From the NCBI GenBank assembly GCA_964512105.1, contig CAZEGI010000002.1, positions 15,125 through 79,124 on the forward strand: a DNA stretch of 64,000 nucleotides. The letters run 5' to 3'. The position numbers and the translations under genes were made by a program. Source of the DNA: an uncultured archaeon. GTDB taxonomy: Archaea; Altiarchaeota; Altiarchaeia; IMC4; CAZEGI01. Below are positions 26,606 through 36,815 of this stretch, piece after piece. Each line of letters opens with the position of its first letter. Within the stretch, counting starts at the first letter, position 1. Below the pieces are notes generated by a model. The model worked only from the letters and a program-made list of their open reading frames with translations, was not told the origin of the DNA and ran no database searches.

Positions 26606-28335
26606 TAGAACTACTTGCGCTTTTTTTTATGTTTTTTTTGCCAGGCTACCTAATCTTGGGGAACAGATTTAGTGATGATGAGCGTTTTGCACTTAGTTTT
26701 TTATTTTCCGTATTTGTGTACGCTGCCTTTGCATTTTTATTACATCTGTCCAAAATTTTCATTTCATACGCACTCATAGCCCTTCCGATAATCTTGATAA
26801 CCTTCCGCAAAAAACTCACCTTTAATCTATCAAAGACAGCACTGGCAATATTCTTCGCGACACTTTTTGCCGGATTCGTTGTTCAGTCCTTTTCAGAAAC
26901 CCTCAGCGCCGATGGATATGACCATTATCTGTATGCAAGAAGTTTTCTATCTCAACACTGGGCAAGTCATAATTTCATAGACAACTACTGGATACCCGTA
27001 ACCTTTCCACAACCCGCAGATTACCGGCCCCCATTGTACAATCTCACACTCGGTTTCATATTCTCGATTTTCGGAGATTCTCTCGCGTCGGGTAAACTAT
27101 TAAGTGTTTTGATAGTGGCCTTTGTTTCCGTGATTTTATATCTGAACACGAAGGACATGTTTGACGAAAAAACAGCGATATACGCAACGTTGTCCCTCGT
27201 AACTTTAAATTCAGTGATATTGCATTTTTGTTTTGAAACTTTGGTCTATCCCCTTATTTTGTACTCCGGCCTGTGCATCTTCCATGTGTACAGGAAAGGC
27301 ATTCCGTTTTGGAAATATTCCTCGTTGACTTTTGGCTTGGCGTATCTCATACACTCATCGTTAATCATCTTCATGCTCTCGCTCGTCGCCTTCGATTTTT
27401 TCAAGGCTAAAAATCTTTCCGTAATATATCTGAAAAACATACTGCTTCGAAGGGAAGTTGTCTATTCATCGCTCGTGTTCCTGTTCGTGATTTCCCCATG
27501 GTTAGCAAGAAATCTCATGTTTTTTGGTGATCCGCTGTATACATCCTCAAAATACACACCTTTACTTACTGACTGGGAGGAGCACTTTAGTTTAGAAAAA
27601 CCTACCCTCTCCACATACCTCTCTTTCATAACGTCCCCCCGTAATTTTATTTCAACCAAACTTGGAAGCATACTAAAATCAACCGCCCCGACGATATACT
27701 CCATGACTTTTAACAAATGGGATTTATTTGCATGGGCAGACCCGGTAGCGTTGAAATACACCTTGGCTGGGATCTTAACCTATCCGCTCCTGCTGGTGTG
27801 TGTATACGTGCTTTTCAAAAATCGTGGTGAAAAGATACCCTCCGTCTTCTGGCTAAGTTTGTTCCTTTCGCTTATACTGTGGGGCTTCAGATGCTCATTT
27901 GCGTGGTCATCACTGCTAACGCCGACAATACTGCTAGGAACTCTTGGTATCTACAAAATAAGGTCTAGGGGTTATGTGATTGCTTTGATACTAATCGTAT
28001 CCATTCTCCAGTTAATTGCACTCATCGCTATACAGTCCGATAAGAGAATCGATGATAATTTCTACGGTTGGATTGTTGAAAATACCGATACGAATGATAT
28101 ACTGATGTCCCGGGATGCAGTATCAATAACCTACTTCACCAATCGGAAGACAATGACTACCCCCTATGCCGACACGGATGACATCATAGAAATAATTCGT
28201 AAATACGACGTTAGTTACCTCATGGTCAGCAAGAACGATTTAATCAGGCGTGACCTAAACTTCACTAAGTTGGACAGTGCTTTCAAATTGGAAAAGAAGG
28301 ATAAAGACTACAGCATATACAAAACCAGAACATGA
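26602..28335 (+). CDS. Large polytopic membrane protein with a C-terminal soluble domain (candidate GT-C-type or polymerase-like protein)
   Basis: 577 aa, ~14 TM, then a ~130-aa hydrophilic tail. The tail resembles that of 30539-32335. Confidence 0.45.
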   Translation: MIELLALFFMFFLPGYLILGNRFSDDERFALSFLFSVFVYAAFAFLLHLSKIFISYALIALPIILITFRKKLTFNLSKTALAIFFATLFAGFVVQSFSETLSADGYDHYLYARSFLSQHWASHNFIDNYWIPVTFPQPADYRPPLYNLTLGFIFSIFGDSLASGKLLSVLIVAFVSVILYLNTKDMFDEKTAIYATLSLVTLNSVILHFCFETLVYPLILYSGLCIFHVYRKGIPFWKYSSLTFGLAYLIHSSLIIFMLSLVAFDFFKAKNLSVIYLKNILLRREVVYSSLVFLFVISPWLARNLMFFGDPLYTSSKYTPLLTDWEEHFSLEKPTLSTYLSFITSPRNFISTKLGSILKSTAPTIYSMTFNKWDLFAWADPVALKYTLAGILTYPLLLVCVYVLFKNRGEKIPSVFWLSLFLSLILWGFRCSFAWSSLLTPTILLGTLGIYKIRSRGYVIALILIVSILQLIALIAIQSDKRIDDNFYGWIVENTDTNDILMSRDAVSITYFTNRKTMTTPYADTDDIIEIIRKYDVSYLMVSKNDLIRRDLNFTKLDSAFKLEKKDKDYSIYKTRT

Positions 28336-28359
28336 GGTATGATGTTTGGTACGTGGACG

Positions 28360-29859
28360 CTACACTCTTCTGTAAATCCACTCCGTCTCGAGGTTTTTGA
28401 ATCTGAATACCTTTACCAACTCATAATTCTCCACCACCCTAACCCTGTCCGGGTTTTGAATCCTGTTGGTCAAATCAAGAACCACGAATTCACTATCATT
28501 GATGTCATCCGGATATCTCTTTCCGGTATGAAGCTCTTCAACATCTTTGTAAACGTCGTTAAAGAAGTACACGCTGTCCAACTCCTTCAGGTAAGCCGAG
28601 AGTTCCGTATCGTGTTGCCCCCACAAAACCCCCGGACCAGAGATGCCTACGCCATACTCGTAACCATAGAGTAGGTAATTCGGATGGAAATCGTAGAGTA
28701 CAGAAGTAGTGTGTATCAATACTAACAGCAGTACAAGACTCACGATTCTCTTGTACCCCACATTCAGTATCCCATAGGCCGCCACAACGTAAATGAAGGG
28801 CAATACCGGTGTGATGTATCTGTCATACTTTACTGACTGTAGCGATAATAAGACCAACGGGATAACGATAAGGAACAACAGAATCTTGTCCACACTCCTA
28901 ACCAGCGCAATTAGAATTCCAAAAATTAGAACCAACGACAGCCAAATGGGATTTTTCACGAACAGGATGAACAGGTAATACCAACACGGAAGACTGTTGT
29001 AGTAGTCACCCATGAAGTATACTCCATTTTCCGTTATAGACGAAAATCCAACCATCGAGTAACCTACGTTGTAGGCCCATACCCTCGCAATTACGGGTAT
29101 CCGAACATCCGATTTTGCTATTTCCTGGATTACTAACGGGAGATGCTTCACCGTTGTCCCCGTGTACGTCAATTGAGTGGTGTGAATGACGGCACCGATG
29201 TTTGGGATTATATAAAAAACCAACATCAGCGTGAGCGATTCCCACAGGCCTCCGCTAAAAAAAGGTTTTCTGAATCCAACTTTAAACTCTCCGATGTAAA
29301 TCTTGTACAAAACAAATGCGATGATGAATGACAAAGCCGTGTGCTTTGCTGCAAGTGCCAATCCGAGGCACATCCATGTCAACCTTCCCCTTTTTGTAAC
29401 AAAAAAATATGCTGCCAACACCACCAGAAACGTCAGCAAGGAATCCTGATTTCCAATCCTGGAATACGTCACGTGCATCATCGATGTTGCCAAAAAAGCC
29501 GCAGACAACAAGGCGATTTTTTCATTGTAAACCCGTCTTGCAAAAAAGAAAACCAGGACTATAGTCGCTATTCCGAAAATGGCCGGCATAATTCTTGCGG
29601 AACTCTCGCTCAATCCGAATACCTTCAGTATGGGGTATTGTATGTAAAAATTCAAGTAGGGTTGGACTATCTGCGGGAGTTCATTACTCGGCATTCTCAC
29701 AAGAAGTAAATCCCTACTCAGCGTTAATGCGAACCGGGAATATCCGAGTTCATCAACCGAAAACAACGGTCGGTCAAGCTCGTACAGCCTAAAAAAACCG
29801 CCAACCAACAACACGATTGCAAACAACAACCATAACCTAAAATCCTTGACCGGCATCAT
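28360..29859 (-). CDS. GT-C glycosyltransferase, family 39/83-like (ArnT/PMT-type dolichyl-phosphate-sugar-dependent transferase)
   Basis: N-terminal pattern FFRLYELDRPLFSVDELGYSRFA ... SRIGNQDS is typical of the ArnT/PMT family first loop with a conserved D-E motif. Confidence 0.65.
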   Translation of the reverse strand: MMPVKDFRLWLLFAIVLLVGGFFRLYELDRPLFSVDELGYSRFALTLSRDLLLVRMPSNELPQIVQPYLNFYIQYPILKVFGLSESSARIMPAIFGIATIVLVFFFARRVYNEKIALLSAAFLATSMMHVTYSRIGNQDSLLTFLVVLAAYFFVTKRGRLTWMCLGLALAAKHTALSFIIAFVLYKIYIGEFKVGFRKPFFSGGLWESLTLMLVFYIIPNIGAVIHTTQLTYTGTTVKHLPLVIQEIAKSDVRIPVIARVWAYNVGYSMVGFSSITENGVYFMGDYYNSLPCWYYLFILFVKNPIWLSLVLIFGILIALVRSVDKILLFLIVIPLVLLSLQSVKYDRYITPVLPFIYVVAAYGILNVGYKRIVSLVLLLVLIHTTSVLYDFHPNYLLYGYEYGVGISGPGVLWGQHDTELSAYLKELDSVYFFNDVYKDVEELHTGKRYPDDINDSEFVVLDLTNRIQNPDRVRVVENYELVKVFRFKNLETEWIYRRV

Positions 29860-30521
29860 TAACCATGAACCCTCAATAATACTAACCCATAAATCATCCT
29901 TACTATCGATTTAACCGAAATTTTGGAGTGTCCGTATCTCCTTGGATTGTGGGAAACCGGGACCTCTACGTATGCATAACCTTTCCTTCGCGCTCTCCAT
30001 ACAAGCTCTAGGTCCATTAACCATCCATTAGCTCGTGTTTCAATTTTTGTGACATCCCTCCTAAAACCCTTCAAACTGCAGAGTGCGTCGGTTATCCTCA
30101 TTCCAAGCAAAATCCGAACCATGTTGTTAAAAACTTTGCTCAGAATCTTTCTTAAAATCGGGTCGTTTCTGTCTACCCTAAAACCACATACGACATCAAA
30201 CGCTTTAAGTTTTTCATAGAGTTTTGGTATATCCTCGGGATTCATTTGTCCGTCGCTGTCAATCATCACTATCGCATCGCCCGTTGCGTATCCAAAACCG
30301 TCAATCAGCGCACGGCCCTTACCTAGATTAATCTCATGCGTTAATACACGTATGTCTTTATACCCGTCCAACACCCTCTTTGTGCCATCGATAGAACCAT
30401 CGTCTATCACAACAACTTCTGTTTTACACCCCAGGTCTCTTGCGACATTCAGAACACTGTCTACGACCTCACCTATGGTCTTCTCTTCATTGTAAACCGG
30501 TATAATCACGCTCAAGTCCAC
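29859..30521 (-). CDS. Glycosyltransferase, GT2 family (dolichyl-phosphate hexose synthase-like)
   Basis: LSVIIPVYNEEKTI ... VVIDDGSIDGT ... DSDGQ. Confidence 0.85.
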   Translation of the reverse strand: MDLSVIIPVYNEEKTIGEVVDSVLNVARDLGCKTEVVVIDDGSIDGTKRVLDGYKDIRVLTHEINLGKGRALIDGFGYATGDAIVMIDSDGQMNPEDIPKLYEKLKAFDVVCGFRVDRNDPILRKILSKVFNNMVRILLGMRITDALCSLKGFRRDVTKIETRANGWLMDLELVWRARRKGYAYVEVPVSHNPRRYGHSKISVKSIVRMIYGLVLLRVHG

Positions 30522-30538
30522 GTTTCCAGTGGTTATAA

Positions 30539-32335
30539 CTATGCGACCTTAAATATAATGGCAAAGACCTTTCCGTTGATGGTAAACGTTTTCGCAGGTG
30601 TAATGTGTTTTGAGAACGCATCACTCCATGGTTGTGTCAAATCGTCCTTAGCAGGGAACACGGCGAGCATGTCGTACTTTGGATTTTCTGGGCTGTACGC
30701 CGGATTCAAATAGGCATTCACTTTTTGGAATTTCACACCGTTCTCTGTAAGTTGATGTTCGTATTCCGGGACCGTCATTGGTGGTTCATTTTTCGCGAAA
30801 TACGGCCAATTCACATCCCAGTAAAGGTATGAGATGTTGTACTGTCTAATCAACTCCTCAATCTTATACTCGTTGTCACCATAAAGGACAACAACAGCAT
30901 CTGCAATCCTCTTGTTGATGTCCAGGTATGGACTGAAATGGGTTCTTCTTGACGTTACCACCTTCCTAGCCGTCAAACCGTTCACAAGAAATGAAAGTTC
31001 TTCATGCGATATGAAAACAGCATTTTTGTCGGTATTCCCGTCTATCCATTCCGCTATCTCCGTTATTGCAGGATTTGCTTCACTTCTGGCCATCGTCTCC
31101 CACCTGCCGTAGTACCTTGCGTTCAGGCTGATCATGAGGACCAGCAGCATGAAAATGACAGACAATGCTACTATAATGCTTCCAAATTGCGGTTTCTTAC
31201 CCATCAAAAACGCCACAGCAGATACGAACAACAAGGGAGTAGATGTCCGCATTATCTGCGCAAAAAGGTACGTTGGAATCACAGTGCTACCAATCACCGG
31301 CTCCGTCACAAAATAGTGAAGGCCTCCGACAAATGCCGACAACACCAACACGAATATAAAACATTCGACGTCGTTTTTTCTATTTTTGATTACCACATAC
31401 AAACCTATCAACGTCATAATCGAGATGACAAATTTGAAAATATCTCCGTTCATGAGGGCAGGTACATCCAAAAAACTACCCTCAATCAATGCGATTGCAA
31501 CGTCCGTGCCGTATTTCGAAAAGTCCGGGAGCGTGTACTCGTTGACGGGGTTTGGTATGTGCGCCTTATAAACAAACAGCACTGGCCCAAAAAGCAGCAT
31601 AGAGATGGCAAGACCTATCAGTCCTATGGGGAACAATATAGCGAAATTCTCTTTGACGTCCCGCACTATCTCCTTATCCTCGTCCCTCAAAAGGGATATT
31701 CTCATATCCGATGCGTTTAAATTGACCTTTAGATGCTTTATCACGGACATGTAAGCAAAGAGTACCGCCATCACCACGACCAGAGATGGGAAAGCGGAAA
31801 CATAGGATATCCCTGACAACCCGCAAAATATTCCTGCCACAATTCTGTCCTTAATCTTTTTTGTCCGCATGGCTAAAAACACAAACAGCAATGCCAGTGG
31901 CGTGAGCACATCGCTTGCCAGCCCGGATATGCCCTTTGGTTCAAGAAACATGAGGGACATAAGTAACGCAAATCTGTAGTCCCTAAACAACAGTAACCCG
32001 AACACGTACCATGTAATCACCGATGGTATCGCCATAATCACCGGTAGGTAGTTATAAGACGTGAGCAGATCAATACCGAACACCTTTGCAATAGTTGCGA
32101 TGATGAGATGATGCAACCAACCGAAGTATTCGTATTCCCCACTAACCTGTGGATTCTCCCATGGATATGCACCATTGTAGATATTCAGTGATCTGCCGTA
32201 ATGCCAGTAAACGTCGCCACCGTACATCGGTCCAGGCAACTGTTTGAATTCGGATATTATGTATCCATGGACAAGTACGGAAAAAATCAAGATGGGTAAC
32301 ACATACCTCAGTCCCTTTACCGTTTCTGTGTCCAT
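30539..32335 (-). CDS. Large polytopic membrane protein with a C-terminal soluble domain; paralogous architecture to 26602-28335. No AglB WWDYG motif found.
   Basis: 598 aa, ~13 TM plus a ~190-aa tail (WIDGNTDKNAVFISHEELS...). Confidence 0.4.
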   Translation of the reverse strand: MDTETVKGLRYVLPILIFSVLVHGYIISEFKQLPGPMYGGDVYWHYGRSLNIYNGAYPWENPQVSGEYEYFGWLHHLIIATIAKVFGIDLLTSYNYLPVIMAIPSVITWYVFGLLLFRDYRFALLMSLMFLEPKGISGLASDVLTPLALLFVFLAMRTKKIKDRIVAGIFCGLSGISYVSAFPSLVVVMAVLFAYMSVIKHLKVNLNASDMRISLLRDEDKEIVRDVKENFAILFPIGLIGLAISMLLFGPVLFVYKAHIPNPVNEYTLPDFSKYGTDVAIALIEGSFLDVPALMNGDIFKFVISIMTLIGLYVVIKNRKNDVECFIFVLVLSAFVGGLHYFVTEPVIGSTVIPTYLFAQIMRTSTPLLFVSAVAFLMGKKPQFGSIIVALSVIFMLLVLMISLNARYYGRWETMARSEANPAITEIAEWIDGNTDKNAVFISHEELSFLVNGLTARKVVTSRRTHFSPYLDINKRIADAVVVLYGDNEYKIEELIRQYNISYLYWDVNWPYFAKNEPPMTVPEYEHQLTENGVKFQKVNAYLNPAYSPENPKYDMLAVFPAKDDLTQPWSDAFSKHITPAKTFTINGKVFAIIFKVA

Positions 32336-32340
32336 CTTCT

Positions 32341-33039
32341 TTATCTATTGAACCTGTATTTAAACAAACCAGCATACCTCAAACCCATCCTGAACATGTT
32401 GAACTTCGTCTTGCCGATTTTTCTGTTGGAGTACGTTGTGGCAACCTCTCCTATCCTGAAACCATTCATGTGTGCCTTTATCGAAAATTCCGGCGAAATC
32501 GCAAAATCACCCGCTTCAAGCACGAGTGAATCGAAAGCCTTCTTCCTGAAGGCCCTGAACGCGTTTGTAATATCGTGCGCGGGTATCCCGAAAATCATGC
32601 GCGCCAGAAAGCTGTAACCCGCGCTGAAAAATGCCTTGTCAATTCCCAAGTCGCCGCGCGACCCACCCTCTATGTATCTCGAGCCGAGAACCATGTCGTA
32701 TCCGTCATCGAGTTTTTCAATCATCTTCGGGATCGTTTCCATGTCGTCGGAACGGTCGCCCATTATCCACAGTATGTACTCGCCCTTGGCGTTTTTTGTA
32801 CCCTCCTTCAGCGCAAACCCCATGCCGTTGTTCCCCTTCTTCCTGTGAATGACAGAAACGTTGTCGAATTTTTTCGAGTAGTCGTCAGCAATTTTGCCGG
32901 TGTTGTCAGAACTGTTGTCATCCACAATTACGATTTCGCAGTCCCAACCCTTTCCCTTCTGCAGTTCCAGCAGGTCGTTTACCAACCCTTCAAGATTACC
33001 CTCTTCGTTGTGCGCCGGTATCACAATGCTAAGATTCAT
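32341..33039 (-). CDS. Glycosyltransferase, GT2 family
   Basis: MNLSIVIPAHNEEGNL ... IVIVDDNSSDNT. Confidence 0.85.
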   Translation of the reverse strand: MNLSIVIPAHNEEGNLEGLVNDLLELQKGKGWDCEIVIVDDNSSDNTGKIADDYSKKFDNVSVIHRKKGNNGMGFALKEGTKNAKGEYILWIMGDRSDDMETIPKMIEKLDDGYDMVLGSRYIEGGSRGDLGIDKAFFSAGYSFLARMIFGIPAHDITNAFRAFRKKAFDSLVLEAGDFAISPEFSIKAHMNGFRIGEVATTYSNRKIGKTKFNMFRMGLRYAGLFKYRFNR

Positions 33040-33044
33040 CCCAG

Positions 33045-33392
33045 TCAGCTCCCCATACCTATGAAACTCACGCCTATGACGATCAGCAGGATGCCCAGCC
33101 ATTTCCACCAGTTCATTTTCTCCTTAAGAAACTTCACCGAAAACAGACAGGTCCAGATGTAGCTTGTTGCGACCAGCGGGTAAAGAACCGAAAGTTCGCC
33201 ACCCGTGAGTGCGAAAACGAATATTATCGCGGACACACCATAAACTATGACTCCGGCAATGAGCACATAATTTGTCAGCAGCTTCCTTAAGTTCAAAGTT
33301 AATCTTTCACTCCCAAGCTTGAAAAGCAAGGAACCTGTTGCACCGAGCAGGGTTGCGAACACGACCGTTGCCATGGCCCACACTTCGGTCAT
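33045..33392 (-). CDS. Small 4-TM SMR/DMT-like membrane protein (ArnE/ArnF-like flippase subunit candidate)
   Basis: 115 aa, four hydrophobic helices, paired with an adjacent paralogue. Confidence 0.5.
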   Translation of the reverse strand: MTEVWAMATVVFATLLGATGSLLFKLGSERLTLNLRKLLTNYVLIAGVIVYGVSAIIFVFALTGGELSVLYPLVATSYIWTCLFSVKFLKEKMNWWKWLGILLIVIGVSFIGMGS

Positions 33393-33742
33393 TCTCTGCT
33401 ACCCCTCCCTATCGATGCGACCCCCAGAAGTATAAACGCAATCCCAATCCACTTCAGCATGTTCATCGAATCATTGAAGAAGTGCGGCGAGAGCAGACTC
33501 ACCCAGATGTACGTTGCCCCGTATATCGGATACAGAACTGAAAGGTCGCCGTACTTGAGCGCGACAATCAGCATTCCCGCGCCGACACCGTAAAGCACCA
33601 ACCCGAGAATCAGCGGATAATTGAACAGCAGTGAAATCCCGATTGAAAAATCCATGGAGCCGAACTTGAACAGAATCTGCCCGAACGAAACTACAAAGGT
33701 GCTCAGAAAAACCAGCCCGATGGCCCACGGTTTTGTCGCCAT
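33389..33742 (-). CDS. Small 4-TM SMR/DMT-like membrane protein, second subunit of the pair. Start set at the internal Met MATKPWAIG.
   Basis: ~117 aa, four hydrophobic helices. Overlaps neighbours by 4 nt. Confidence 0.5.
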   Translation of the reverse strand: MATKPWAIGLVFLSTFVVSFGQILFKFGSMDFSIGISLLFNYPLILGLVLYGVGAGMLIVALKYGDLSVLYPIYGATYIWVSLLSPHFFNDSMNMLKWIGIAFILLGVASIGRGSRE

Positions 33743-33743
33743 T

Positions 33744-34751
33744 TTATTTGAAGAGTTTCCTGTTCTGGTTCGTCCACTCGACGATTTTTTTGACTCCCTC
33801 TTTTGCACTTACCTTAGGCTTCCAACCAACCTCTTTCCGTATCTTGCTTATGTCCGAGATGTAAACCTTCTGGTCGCCCATCCTCCAGTCGGCTTTCGTG
33901 TATTCTGCCCTTTTACCCGTCAGTTCCTCGATTGTGTCCAACAATTCGAATAATGAAATCGTATTCTCCGGACCGCCGCCGAGGTTATAAGCTTTGCCCT
34001 TAGTTTTGTTTATTTTTTTCGCAAGCAGTTCAAACGCTGCGTTTTGGTCCGTTATGTAGAGAACGTCCCTGACCTGCTTCCCGTCGCCGTAGATGGTGAT
34101 TTTCTTGTCCAGTAAAGTAGCAATGGTAAACCACGCAACCCATCCCTGGTCCTCGTTGCCGAACTGTCTCGTGCCGTAGATGCACGACATGCGCGGCTTA
34201 ACTACCGGAATCCCAAAAGAGTGGAAATACGTGTCAAGAATAAATTCCGCAACTATCTTTGACCCGCCGTACGGGCAGTTTGTTTCCAGAGGGTATGACT
34301 CATCAATCCCTGTGATGTCACGATACTCGTAACGCTGTTTTTTTTCAATAACCGGCAGAGTTAAATCACCGTAAACCTTGTTCGTTGAGCAGAAAATTAT
34401 CGGCGCATTGGACTTTGATTTTCTTAATGCTTCGCAGAGATTGAAGGTTCCATCCGCATTCGTTTCGTAGTCCAACCGCGGGTTTTGCAGTGACGTCGTG
34501 ACAGCAACCTGCGCTGCGCAGTGATAAACGAGGTCAACATCATTCATAAGATTATCAAAAATCCTGGGATTGCTAATGTCGCCTTTAATGAACCTTATTT
34601 TTTTATAATTTTTTTTCAGGTAATCAATGTTGTACTCTGTTCTGCTCAAATTATCAATGACAACAACCTCTCTACCTTGCTTCAGAGAATTTTCAGCCAA
34701 GTGGGAGCCAATAAAACCTGCTCCACCGGTTATCAAAACACGATCGAACAT
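33744..34751 (-). CDS. NAD-dependent sugar epimerase/dehydratase (UDP-glucose 4-epimerase / extended SDR family)
   Basis: VLITGGAGFIGSHL Rossmann motif and a YxxxK catalytic dyad region. Confidence 0.85.
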   Translation of the reverse strand: MFDRVLITGGAGFIGSHLAENSLKQGREVVVIDNLSRTEYNIDYLKKNYKKIRFIKGDISNPRIFDNLMNDVDLVYHCAAQVAVTTSLQNPRLDYETNADGTFNLCEALRKSKSNAPIIFCSTNKVYGDLTLPVIEKKQRYEYRDITGIDESYPLETNCPYGGSKIVAEFILDTYFHSFGIPVVKPRMSCIYGTRQFGNEDQGWVAWFTIATLLDKKITIYGDGKQVRDVLYITDQNAAFELLAKKINKTKGKAYNLGGGPENTISLFELLDTIEELTGKRAEYTKADWRMGDQKVYISDISKIRKEVGWKPKVSAKEGVKKIVEWTNQNRKLFK

Positions 34752-34752
34752 T

Positions 34753-35436
34753 TTACAAATGCCTCAGCTCATACGCGTAAAGACTAATTAAATGTGACAG
34801 GTAATTTAAATACTCTTTCGCATTCAGCTTGCTTCTGCCGCTCGTTCTGTCCACAAAGGTATATGGAACCTCAACAACCTTTCTGTAATCCCCCTTGACC
34901 AGAATGTCCAGACCTATCTTGAATCCTCTAGGGTTTAATTTTTTGTTTTTGATGACATCCCTTCTCAAAAAAAAGAACCCAGACACGGAATCCCTGACGC
35001 CGGTCAAAGGTCTTGCGAGAATTATCGCAGCCATGGACGTGATTTTCCTCAGGAGCGGCCATTTTTTGATTCCGCCTTCCTTCACGTACCTGCTTCCAAA
35101 AACAACGTCCGCCTCGCCGTTTTCAATCACCCCCAGCATCTTGGGTATGAGTTCCGGCGGGTGACTAAGGTCAGCATCCATGACACCAATAATCTTCGTA
35201 TCGCAAGCGCCAAAACCATCAATGACCGCAGACGACAAACCCAATTTTCCTTTTCGATGTATGACCTTTATATTATACTCTCTACTCAACTGCTCGGCGA
35301 TTTTTCCAGTACCATCAGAAGAATCGTCATCAACTATGACAACGCGGATGTCCGGCACCGCTCGGAATATCCTGCCGATAAGCTCCTCAAGATTCCTGGC
35401 TTCGTTGTAGGTTGGTATGACAACAGTCGCATTCAT
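34753..35436 (-). CDS. Glycosyltransferase, GT2 family (dolichol-phosphate mannosyltransferase Dpm1-like)
   Basis: ATVVIPTYNEARNL ... VVIVDDDSSDGT ... DADLSH. Confidence 0.85.
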   Translation of the reverse strand: MNATVVIPTYNEARNLEELIGRIFRAVPDIRVVIVDDDSSDGTGKIAEQLSREYNIKVIHRKGKLGLSSAVIDGFGACDTKIIGVMDADLSHPPELIPKMLGVIENGEADVVFGSRYVKEGGIKKWPLLRKITSMAAIILARPLTGVRDSVSGFFFLRRDVIKNKKLNPRGFKIGLDILVKGDYRKVVEVPYTFVDRTSGRSKLNAKEYLNYLSHLISLYAYELRHL

Positions 35437-35462
35437 ATTTATTTATCACAATAATTATAGAA

Positions 35463-36815
35463 ATGGAAACGAAAAAACACCTGTTTTTTTTATGTGCCGT
35501 GCCTTTTCTGGCGTATTTAGTGCTGATGCTCCTGTACGACAGCATCCTCCTCTTTGACGAGGTGCATTACCTCTGGGGCGGCGAAAACATCATGAACGGA
35601 AATCTTCCAGATGCGTTTTATCCGCACCGCCCGGTTCACCAGTACACCATCGCGGTGATCTACAAAATTTTCGGAATCAGCGAAACCGCCGTGCGGTTGT
35701 ACGTCCTGCTCGCTTCGGTCGCGACTGTTGTCCTCATGTACCTGCTGCTGAAGCTGAGGCACGATGCGGAAAAATCGTTTCTCGTTTCGATGCTCTTCGC
35801 GAGCACCATAGTTTTCGTGAGTTTGAGTCCGACCATTATGACAGACAACCTCATGGTTTTTTACTACGTGCTCGCGATGTACGCCTACATGCGGTTTCTG
35901 GACTCGAATGATTTCCGGAAACTGGTTTTTTCTGGTTTTATTTTCGGCGTATGCTTCCTCACGCGGGAAACCGGCATATTCCTAGTTTTACCTGTTCTCA
36001 TGCACCTTCTCCTGAAAAAAAACCGCATCACGGTGGTGCTGTTCGTTGTTGCCTTCTCCATCCTGCCGGTTGTTTACACAATCTTCACGTTCTCAAACAA
36101 CCAGGAGTTTCCATGGCTGGTTTTTTACAGGCTTAACCAGGCTTCCGGACTCGGGTTCACGCTGCCCTACCGGATTTTTGTTTTCATGAAACTGATGTTG
36201 ATGTCTCTCGGAATCACAGCTGTTCCGGCGTTGTATGCAATCTACAAGGAGTTCAGAAATCCGAAGCGCATGGATAACGTCACTGCGATTTTCGCATCCC
36301 AGTTTTTGCTCCTCGCTGCAACCATCTTCCTCTGGTCCGAAGACGTAAGGCCGAGGTTTTTTGTCGCACTTCTACCCGGGTTGTGTTACCTCATTACGAA
36401 TTCAAAACTTCCCGGAATGTTTGCAAAATTTGAAAAGAAGATTTTCATGCTGCTCATTGCAGTGAACTTTATTGTCGGCATTCCTGTTTCTTACATCTAC
36501 CTCACGCCGCACGGGGTTGTGAATGATGCCCTCCAATGGATTTACCAGAACATCCCGAAAGACGCAAAGATACTTTCTTACGACCACAGGGCGACGTACT
36601 TCCTGAGGCACGAGGGTTACACGGTTTATGAAAATCCTGCGCCCGGTATCCGGTACGTTCTCGGCTCGTCGCTAAATCAGGAGGAAGACCGGTTCCCAGA
36701 AATAAAGAAAACGAAGGTAAAATCCTTCAGCAGGACATTCCCACTGGGCTTCATAGCGCACAAAACTGAAATGACCCAGTTCTATTTTACCGTGTACCGG
36801 GTTGATGTGGTCTAA
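35463..36815 (+). CDS. GT-C-like polytopic membrane protein (GT39/ArnT-like)
   Basis: 450 aa, ~11 TM. The first-loop acidic motif FDEVHY is typical of ArnT/PMT-type enzymes. Confidence 0.55.
   Translation: METKKHLFFLCAVPFLAYLVLMLLYDSILLFDEVHYLWGGENIMNGNLPDAFYPHRPVHQYTIAVIYKIFGISETAVRLYVLLASVATVVLMYLLLKLRHDAEKSFLVSMLFASTIVFVSLSPTIMTDNLMVFYYVLAMYAYMRFLDSNDFRKLVFSGFIFGVCFLTRETGIFLVLPVLMHLLLKKNRITVVLFVVAFSILPVVYTIFTFSNNQEFPWLVFYRLNQASGLGFTLPYRIFVFMKLMLMSLGITAVPALYAIYKEFRNPKRMDNVTAIFASQFLLLAATIFLWSEDVRPRFFVALLPGLCYLITNSKLPGMFAKFEKKIFMLLIAVNFIVGIPVSYIYLTPHGVVNDALQWIYQNIPKDAKILSYDHRATYFLRHEGYTVYENPAPGIRYVLGSSLNQEEDRFPEIKKTKVKSFSRTFPLGFIAHKTEMTQFYFTVYRVDVV

Noticed and set aside
31004-31720. 238-aa antisense ORF inside the 598-aa membrane-protein gene
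   Set aside because: Composition (His/Gln/Arg/Tyr-rich) is the typical mirror of a hydrophobic membrane protein. No start context or motifs.
30539-32335. Considered calling this the oligosaccharyltransferase AglB/STT3
   Set aside because: No WWDYG or DK/MI motifs. The C-terminal domain resembles the tail of ORF 26602-28335 instead. Left as a GT-C-like membrane protein of unknown specificity.
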